Part shown: positions 53,916-64,000 of the stretch, in pieces
How positions within the stretch are numbered: the first letter of the stretch is position 1
Layout: every line of letters begins with the position of its first letter
Assembly (NCBI RefSeq): GCF_009914755.1
Contig: NC_060946.1
Source: the human T2T-CHM13v2.0 reference genome, Homo sapiens
Direction: 5' to 3' (one strand)
Length of the DNA stretch: 64,000 nt
Position numbers and translations under genes: made by a program
The notes under the pieces: generated by a model
Database searches by the model: none
The model's input: the letters and a program-made list of their open reading frames with translations, nothing else
Told to the model about the DNA's origin: nothing

Positions 53916-54631
53916 TCAACACCATGTGTTGGAGAAGATATCAAGTAACTGAAACTCTATATTGTTGGTGAGCATGTAAAGTGGTACAAACACTATGGCA
54001 AACAATACTGTAGTTTCCTTGGAGTTACCATGTGACCCAGTAATTCTACATCTAGGTCTTTACCCAAGAGAAATAAAAACTCATTTACACAGAGACTTGC
54101 ACTCGAATGTTCATAGCAGTGTTATTCATAATACTAAAAAATAAAACTAACTCAAAGGTCCATCAACAAGTAAATAGATAAATAAATTGTAATATATCTA
54201 GAATACCACAACAGAATACCACTCAACAATAAAAAGGAGTAAATTACTTATATAAGAGCAATATGGATGAAACTCAAAAACATCACAATGAGCAAAAGAA
54301 GCCAAACACAAAAGATTCCATGCTGTGCGACTCCAAACATATGAGACTCTAGAAAGGACAAATATGATCTATAGTGACAGAAAGCAGGTCAGTGTTTGCC
54401 TCAGGTAGGGACACAGGGATGGAGTGACTAGAAAAGGGCAAAGGGAACTTTCTGGGGTCATGGAAGTGCTCTATATCTTGACTGCACAGTCAAAATATAA
54501 ATATATAAATCTGATTGCACGGGTTCATTTGTTAGGTTCATTGAGCATTGAACTATATATTTTAAATGGATGTTTTATAATATTTGCATGTCAATTATAC
54601 TTCAATAAAGTGATTTTTAAGATCTCTCTGC

Positions 54632-54672
54632 ATGTGTGTATGTGTGTGTGTGAGTGTGTGTGTGTGTGTGTG
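54632..54672. repeat. Interrupted (TG)n microsatellite
   Basis: Seen directly. Confidence 0.9.
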
Positions 54673-56420
54673 TCTTATGCACACATACACATGGAACATG
54701 GCAGTAATGCTACAATATTCCATGGCTGTGTGCAGTCCAGTGATTGGGACTGCCAAAGTTTTTCCCTGCACAAATGCAGGCAAAGATTCATTTAAGCACG
54801 AATCATCCTCCTATACTTCAGCTGAATGAATGAAGGTGAAGTGGTACAAGACTCTACACTTAATTCATTTCAACAAAGTGGTTCTACCATTAATAAACGA
54901 TGTAAAACTACACTCAAGATTTTTGTCTCTCCCTTATAAAGTATGCAAAACATTTTCTGCTTCTCATACAAAGTGTCCTAAAGTGTCCTCTTTCTACCCC
55001 CAGTCAATGAATCTAGTATTCTGAGTCACAATTTTATACTGCAATCAAATCCAAGAAGCTGTCATTTTTTATTTAACATCCATGGGCTGTAGTCATGAAA
55101 AATTTACTCACTGTAATACGGTCGCATTCCTTCCATAGTCAGACTCTTAATGATATGATGCAATATTCTTAAGGACATTTTAATGCTGAGGCATGTTAAA
55201 GAAAAGTAGCATAAAATAACTCTACAGACATGTATCATTTAACTCCCCCTAGTTAAAAAAAAAAAAAGTAAACAATGCAAAACCAGAGCCAACAGTTAAA
55301 TACTCGCTAAAGATTAAATAATTTTAAGTAAAGACATATTTACTCATAGTTTCTTAGCACTACAATCACTCCATCAAGAATACTAGATACGAAAATTGTG
55401 GGTCATTAATCTATATTTCTAACCACCCAATACTGCTGCTCTCTTTTGGAACTCTCTTATGTCACATAATTCAAATGCACTAGTTTTTTATTATTATCTA
55501 AATATCATCTAATAAAAGACAAAAGCTCTATCAAGTGACATTTAATTTTCTTCCCATATCTAAGCACTCCATGTTTTTGACAGTGACTTACAGAGTGAGG
55601 GGAGTACAATTTGTGTTCACCCTGAGGGATACGGCCTAGCCCCATATCATCTTAGAACAAGGCCCGAAAGCAAATATGCATTTATAGCAGGCTGAGCATG
55701 AACCCTTCTCTAAAAATATATGTTTTAACCATGAGCAAAGAAATAATCAATTCATTCTGGTATCTCAGGGTGTTGAGGAAGTATGAGGTAGGGTAAGCGG
55801 AGAGACCTTCCAGCCCAGTATCAAACCAACATGGCAATCTCTGAACAATAAGGCAAGCCCAGCATCTCCCACACCATTTAAAGCTACATTTTTTTTAATC
55901 TAACATCACCACAAATCATCAGTTATAAAGCTCAAAGTCACACTGGTTAACTAGCTTTCACAAAGGGCAGCTTTACTGACATTAACAGCACCATTTCTTA
56001 CTACCTATGCATCTGTCAAACCATCTGAGCAAATAGCCGAGAGGCAGTGTGCCAGGCAGGCTCCTGGCAGATGGATATGGCTGGAAGCATTCAGCAGATC
56101 AGTTTGGTGGTGAATGGTAAAACTGCCATTTGGAAATTTGAATTGTCTGCCTAAACACCACCTATCAATCCAGCATTATTATAGTTTAAAGTTTTACAAG
56201 AAGGCCATTTTTCTCATCGGCTCATAAACATGTTTCCTTACCCCCATGACAGTCATGATGTTCCCCTACCTATGATGCCTCTTTTATTCACATCCAAATC
56301 CTACCAATCCTTTAGGGCTTGTTCAAGTCCCACATTCTTTAAGAGGACTTCACCTGACTTTACCACTACAGTAAGTTTTGTTAATAGTAGTCCAAATACC
56401 ATGTTTGAAAACTATTTTAA

Positions 56421-56767
<347 letters not shown>

Positions 56768-57341
56768 CTAAATTCTAATTATTGAGCACACTATTATTGT
56801 CTATTGATCAGTCTGGTTTTCTGTATATTCATCTTATTACATTTAAGGGCTCTAAGTTTCTTGAGGGCAACTATCAGGTCCTTCTTATTCATTTACTCAT
56901 TCAACTAACCTTTAGTAAATGTCTACTGCTGCCAGGCCCTGTGTTAAACATCAGGACTGTAAACAATAAAAACAAACAGTTCTCAAAGGATTTGGATTCT
57001 CTCCTTTTTAAGTCTATCTTAATTCTTTGGTACTCATTACAATGCCTAAAGTTAATACATAATGATTAATCAACTGTTTGCCAATTAATTGAACAAAAAC
57101 ATCTTTAAATTTTAAAATACATAACAACTATATTCTGTAGGTTAGATCCCTTTTCAAAAGAAGAGCTATGTGGTTATATACTTTTTACAGTTAAGACATT
57201 TGCAAAACAAAAAATGTGCTTGATTTGCTAACTGGAAGAGATAAGTCACTGTAAAATTCATGGTCTTCAATGTTTTTCTTCAATCTAAAGATTGGAGATC
57301 ACCGATTTCACAAAATACAGTTGTAAATTATTATATCATAC

Positions 57342-57589
57342 CTTAAATCTCCAAACTTCTAAATTGAAAAGTCAAAGCTTTTAAGTTTCTTCTGCTCACA
57401 ATCAAATAAGATCTGTACTTTAATTCCCAACAATTTTAGTCCAGTGAGGATTGTGATCAATCCATTTTAAGATCAATGATAACCATTTTCTCTATGACTG
57501 TTTAGTGAAAAAATATCTTCCAGTGATGAGATGCAACAGTCTAACAGATAACATTTGCCATTTTCAAAGAGGTACTCCTCACTACGTCC
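57342..57589 (-). other. Candidate 248-nt non-coding (5'UTR or lncRNA) exon with several short uORFs
   Basis: Acceptor 'catttacctctttttttcag|GGA', donor 'AAG|gtatga'; unique sequence; stops in all three frames. Confidence 0.6.
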
Positions 57590-60181
57590 CTGAAAAAAAG
57601 AGGTAAATGGTATTATTGACATTTTGCAGAAGTAGATCTTAAATTCTTTAAAAGAATTTTTTAGGGACAGAGACCCATAATTTCAGAATTGTGGCTACAA
57701 TTCATTTTGAAATTTTAGCCAAAGCAGTTTAAGATCCCATTTCCCTTTGAAAGCACAAAATGTCAGTAAGGTTTATCTACATTACTATGGTTTCATTATC
57801 CTCATTCAAGCTACATCTCCTTAAAGACAAGACTATTTTAGTTTATTTCATCAATCACAAGAATCCTAAATGCCTACTTAAACAACTCAGTGGTCAGGGA
57901 TTAACTGTAACTGCGATATACTATCCCTGTAACCATCACTGTTAAAGACTAATCAAGTATTCATGCCCTACTTCTATCAGGAGTGTGCGTCTATCATTTG
58001 TATCAGTAGCAAAGCTAATATAAAAAATTATCTCCAATGTTACTTTGCTCTACAAAAAACTATAAAAAGAGAAAAATGAAACATTAAAAAGTACCATAAA
58101 TTCTATTTTACAGTATAATGACATAAATGCGAAGGTTTAATAGACTAGCACTGCAGCAAAACATTTGATTAGTCTTGACAGAATTTTATCTACTGTTCCA
58201 GAATTAAAAAATAAAAATTAAAAACTAGAAAAAAATTTGAATGGAGTTGTTTTAAGTGATTTCCAAGGACTCATATAAACTTAAGGCAAAGGGGGTGGAA
58301 AAAGATATTCCATGCAAATGGACACCAAAAGCAAGCAGGAACAACTATTCTTATATCAGACAAACCAAACTTTAAAGCAATAGCAGTTAAAAAAGACAAA
58401 GACGGACATTATATAATGATAAAAGGACTAGTTTAACAGGAAAATATCACAATTCTAAATATATATGCACCTAACACTGGAGCCCCCAAATTTATAAAAC
58501 AATTACTACTAGACCTAAGAAATGAGATAGACAGCAACACAATAATAGTGAGGGACTTTACTACTCCAGGAGATTGATAAATTCCTGGAAATATACAACC
58601 CTCCTAGATTAAACCGGGAAGATATAGAATCTCGGGACAGACCAATAACAGCAGCAAGATTGAAATGGTAATTTTAAAATTGTAAACAAAAAAAAGTCCA
58701 GCACCAGGCAGATTCACAGCTAAATTCTATTAGACACTCAAAGATGAATTGCTACCAATCTTATTGACACTATTCCAAAAGATAGAGAAAGAGGGAATCC
58801 TTCCTAAATCATTCTATGAAGTCAGTATAACCCTAATAACAAAACTGGGGAAGGACACAGCAAAAAAAAGAAAACTACAGACCAATATCCCTGATGAAAA
58901 TAGATGCAAAAATCCTCAACAAAATACTAGCAAACCAAATCCAACAGCATATCAAAAAGATAATCCACCATGACCAAGTGGTTTCATACCAGGGATGAGG
59001 ATGGTTTAACATATGTAAGTCAATAAATGTGTTATACCACATAAACAGAGTTGAAAGCAAAAATCACATGATCATCTCAACAGATGCAGAAAAAGCATCT
59101 GATAAAATCCAGCATCTCTTTATGACTAAAACCCTCAGCAAAATCAGCATAGAAGGGACATACTTTAATGTAATAAAAGCCATCTTCGACAAACCCACAG
59201 CCAACATTACACTTAACAAAGAAAACTTGAAAGCATTCCCCCTGTGAACTGGAACAAGACAAGGATGTCCTCTTTCACCACTTCTATTCAACATAGTACC
59301 GGAAGTCCTAGCGAGAGCAATCAGACAAGAGAAAAAAATAAAGCACATCCAAATCAGTAAGGAGGAAGTCAAACTGTCACTGTTTGCTGATGATATGATC
59401 ATATACCTAGAGAACCCTAAAGATTCATCCAAAAAGCTCCTAAAACTGGTAAATGAATTCAGCAAAGTTTTAGGATACAAAATTAATACACACAAATCAG
59501 TAGCTCTGCTATACACCAATAGCAACTAAGCTGAGAATCAAATCAAAAACTCAACCCCCTTCACGATAACCACAAAAAAAATAATAAAATACTTAGGAAT
59601 ATACCTAACCAAGGAGGCGAAAGACCTCTACAAGGAAAACTACAAAATACTGCTGAAAGAAATCACAGATGACACAAACAAATGGAAACACAACCCATGC
59701 TCATGGATGAGTAGAATCAATATTGCAAAAATGACCATCTTGCCAAGAGCAATCTACAAATTCAATGCAATTCCCATCAAAATATCACCATAAATCTTCA
59801 CGGAACGAGAAAAAAAATCCCAAAATTCATATGGAACCAAAAAAGAGCCCGCATAGCCACGTAAGACTAAGCAAAAAGAACAAATCTAGAAGTATCACAT
59901 TACTGACTTCAAAGTATACTATAAGGCCATAGTCACCAAAACAGCCTGGTACTGGTATAAAAATAGGCACATAGACCAATGAAACAGAATGGAGAATCCA
60001 AAAATAAACCCAAATACTTACAGCTAACTGTTCTTTGGCAAAGTAAACAAAAACATAAAGTGGGGAAAGGACGACCTATTCAACAAAAGGTGCTGGGACA
60101 ACTGTCAAGCCACAGGTAGAAGAATGAAACTGGATCCTCATCTCTCACCTTATACAAAAATCAATTCAAGATGGATCAAAG

Positions 60182-61823
60182 CCTCTCCCTCTCCCCCTCC
60201 CCCTCCCCCTCCCCCTCCCCCTCTCCCCACGGTCTCCCTCTCCCTCTCTTTCCACGGTCTCCCTCTGATGCCGAGCCAAAGCTGGACTGTACTGCCGCCA
60301 TCTCAGCTCACTGCAACCTCCCTGCCTGATTCCCCTGCCTCAGCCTGTCGAGTGCCTGTGATTGCAGGCGCGCGCCACCATGCCTGACTGGTTTTCGTAT
60401 TTTTTTGGTGGAGACGGGGTTTCGCTGTGTTGGCCGGGCTGGTCTCCAGCTCCTAACCGCGAGTGATCCGCCAGCCTCGGCCTCCCGAGGTGCCGGGATT
60501 GCAGACGGAGTCTCGTTCACTCAGTGCTCAATGGTGCCCAGGCTGGAGTGCAGTGGCGTGATCTCCGCTCGCTGCAACCTCTACCTCCCAGCCGCCTGCC
60601 TTGGCCTCCCAAAGTGCCAAGATTGCAGCCTCTGCCCGGCCGCCACCCCGTCTGGGAAGTGAGGAGCGTCTCTGCCTGGCCGCCCATCGTCTGGGATGTG
60701 AGGAGCCCCTCTGCCTGGCTGCCCAGTCTGGAAAGTGAGGAGCGTCTCTGCCCAGCGCCATCCCATCTAGGAAGTGAGGAGCCCCTCTTCCCAGCCGACA
60801 TCCCATCTAGGAAGTGAGGAGCGTCTCTGCCCGGCCGCCCATCGTCTGAGATGTGGGGAGCGCCTCTGCCCCGCCGCCCTGTCTGGGATGTGAGGAGCGC
60901 CTCTGCCCGGCCGCGACCCCGTCTGGGAGGCGAGGAGCGTCTCTGCCCGGCCGCCCCGTCTGAGAAGTGAGGAGACCCTCTGCCTGGCAGCCACCCCGTC
61001 TGAGAAGTGAGGAGCCCCTCCGCCCGGCAGCCACCCCGTCTGGGAAGTGAGGAGCGTCTCCGCCCGGCAGCCACCCCATCCGGGAGGGAGGTGGGGGTCA
61101 GCCCCCGCGCCAGGCCAGCCGCCCCGTCCGGGAGGGAGGTGGGGGGTCAGCCCCCGCCAGGCCAACTGCCCCGTCCGGGAGGGAGGTGAGGGGGTCAGCC
61201 CCCCGCCCGGCCAGCCACCCCGTCCGGGAGGTGAGGGGCACCTCTGCCCGGCTGCCCCTGCTGGGAAGTGAGGAGCCCCTCTGCCTGGCCACCACCCCGT
61301 CTGGGAGGTGTGCCCAGCGGCTCATTGAGAACGGGCCATGATGACAGTGGCAGTTTTGTGGAATAGAAAGGGGGGAAAGGTGGGGAAAAGATTGAGAAAT
61401 CGGATGGTTGCCGTGTCTGTGTAGAAAGAAGTAGACATGGGAGACTTTTCATTTTGTTCTGTACTAAGAAAAATTCTTCTGCCTTGGGATCCTGTTGATC
61501 TGTGACCTTACCCCCAACCCTGTGCTCTCTGAAACATGTGCTGTGTCCACTCAGGGTTAAATGGATTAAGGGCGGGGCAAGATGTGCTTTGTTAAACAGA
61601 TGCTTGAAGGCAGCATGCTGGTTAAGAGTCATCACCACTCCCTAATCTCAAGTACCCAGGGACACAAACACTGCGGAAGGCCGCAGGGTCCTCTGCCTAG
61701 GAAAACCAGAGACCTTTGTTCACTTGTTTATCTGCTGACCTTCCCTCCACTATTGTCCTATGACCCTGCCAAATCCCCCTCTGCAAGAAACACCCAAGAA
61801 TGATCAATTAAAAAAAAAAAAAA
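60182..61823 (+). mobile_element. Full-length SVA (SVA_D-like)
   Basis: CCCTCT/CCCCCT hexamers, Alu-like region, GC-rich VNTR, SINE-R, poly(A); TSD 'aagatg(g/a)atcaaag' at 60168-60181 and 61824-61837. Confidence 0.96.
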
Positions 61824-62026
61824 AAGATGAATCAAAGACTTAAATCTAAGATCTGAAACCATAAAGATTCTAGAAGACAACATTGGAAAAACCCTTCTAG
61901 ACACTGGCTTAGGCAAACACTTCATGACCAAGAACCCAAACACAAATGCATCAACAAAATAAGATACATTGATGGGACTTAATTAAACTTAAAAGCTTCT
62001 GCACAGCAGAAGAAATAATCAGCAGA

Positions 62027-62326
62027 GGTCTGGCACAGACACTCACACCTGTAATCCCAGCACTTTGGGAGGCTGAGGCAAGCAGATCACTTGAGGTCAG
62101 GAGTTCGAGACCAGCCTGGCCAACATGGTGAAACCCCATCTCTACTAAAAATACAAAAATTAACCGGGTGTGGTGGCACACACCTGTCATCCCAGCTACT
62201 AGGGAGGCTGAGGCAGGAGAATCACTTGAACCTGGGAGGCGGAGGTTGCTGTGAGCCGAGATTGTACCACTCTACTCCAGCCTGGGTAACAGAGTGAGAC
62301 TCCGTCTTTTAAAAGGAAAAAAAAAG
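62027..62326 (+). mobile_element. AluSx nested in L1PB1, TSD 'aagaaataatcagca'
   Basis: Alu consensus and direct repeats. Confidence 0.93.
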
Positions 62327-63465
62327 AAAGAAATAATCAGCAAAGTTAACAGACAATCCACGGAGTGAGAAAAAGTCTTCGCAATCTATATATCCAACAA
62401 AGGACTAATATTCAGAATCTATGCAGAACTCAAACAAATCAGCAAGAAAAAAACAATCCCATCAAAAAGTGAGCTGAAGACATAAATAGACAATTCTCAA
62501 AAGAAGATATACAAATGGCCAACAAGCATATGGAAAAATGCTCAACATCACTAATTATCAGGGAAATGCAAATCAAAACCACAATGTAATACCACCTCAC
62601 TCCTGCAAGAATAGCCATAATGAAAAAATAATAGATGTTGGCATGGATGTAGTGAAAAGGGACCACTTTTACACTGTTGGTGGGAATGTAAACCAGTACA
62701 ATCACTAGGGAAAACAGTGTGGAGACTCATTAAACAACTAAAAGTAGATCTACCGTTTGATCCAGCAATCCCATTACTAGGTATCTACCCAGAGGAAAAG
62801 AAGTCATTATGCAAAAAGATACTTGCACACCTATGTTTATAGCAGCACAATTTCTAATTGCAAAAATACGGAACCAGCCCAAATGCCCATCAATCAATGA
62901 GCAGATAAAGAAAATGTGGTATATTTTATACCATGGAATACTACTCAGCCATAAAAAGGAATGAAATAATGGCATTTGCAGCAACCTGAATGGAATTGGA
63001 GACTATTATTCTAGGTGAAGTAACTCAGGAATGGAAAACCAAACATTGTATGTTCTCACTCATATGTGGGAGCTAAGCTATGAGGACACAAAGGCATAAG
63101 AATGATACATTGGACTTTGGGGATTACAGGGAAAGGGTGGGGGGTGCTGAGGGATAAAAGACTACACTTTGGGCATGCTGCTCGGGCGATGGGTGCACCA
63201 AAAATCTCAGAAATCGCCACTAAAGTACTTATTAATGTAACCAAACACCAACTGTTCCCCAAAAACCTATTGAAATAAATTTTTAAATGCAATATTTTAG
63301 TTATGTCTTTTTTAATCCCACAAATTAGATGCTACTCTTTTATACAGATAATTCTTATTTACATTTATCCACATGTTTACTAATTTTGTTGCTCATCATC
63401 ATATATCAGACTTTTCTGAGATCATTTTCCTTCGCCATAAAATATACCCTTTAGTGAAGGGTTCA

Positions 63466-63819
<354 letters not shown>

Positions 63820-64000
63820 TCATTCTTAAAAGATCATTTTTCTAAATATATAACACTAGGCCAACTGATACTTTCCTCCACACTATGCATGCAGATACTA
63901 TAGCTTCCACGTTTGCTACTGAGAAATCTAACATCAGTCCAAGTGTTGTTACTCTCTAAGTAATCCATCTTTTCTTTCTGGTTACTTTTAAGATTTTTCT

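Larger units (their letters stand above)
58264..63285 (+). mobile_element. 5'-truncated L1PB1-type element with internal deletion near 58567, nested SVA and AluSx
   Basis: ORF2 remnants; L1PB1-type 3' end 'gggataaaagactacac...gttccccaaaaacctattgaaataaa'. Confidence 0.88.

Noticed and set aside
60124-61803. Many overlapping GC-rich ORFs and a CpG-island-like stretch
   Set aside because: All lie within the SVA hexamer, Alu-like region and VNTR; not a host promoter or gene.

Overview
Great-ape (very likely human) intronic DNA, mostly transposable elements. It holds about 39 Alu/FLAM/FRAM copies, two full-length but disabled L1PA elements (12.7-20.4 kb and 36.4-42.5 kb), a 5'-truncated L1PB1 carrying a full-length SVA (60.2-61.8 kb), older L1M/L2/MIR relics and several solo LTRs (MER41B, MSTA/MST, ERV1-type). 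No intact host protein-coding gene is visible; almost all listed ORFs are repeat-derived. Two well-formed candidate exons on the minus strand (57342-57589, uORF-rich, and 26682-26757) suggest the window lies inside the 5' region of a large minus-strand gene, which I cannot name. Main observations: (1) an apparent L1 3' transduction of about 835 bp that ends at the polyadenylation site of a captured MSTA LTR; (2) an open ORF0 in the same L1 whose splice donor is in frame with the 76-nt candidate host exon; (3) a 90-bp inverted copy of a neighbouring L1 fragment with end-joining-like junctions; (4) a MER41B LTR with one intact GAS/STAT1 motif. Repeat subfamilies come from memory of consensus sequences, and boundaries of old elements are approximate.
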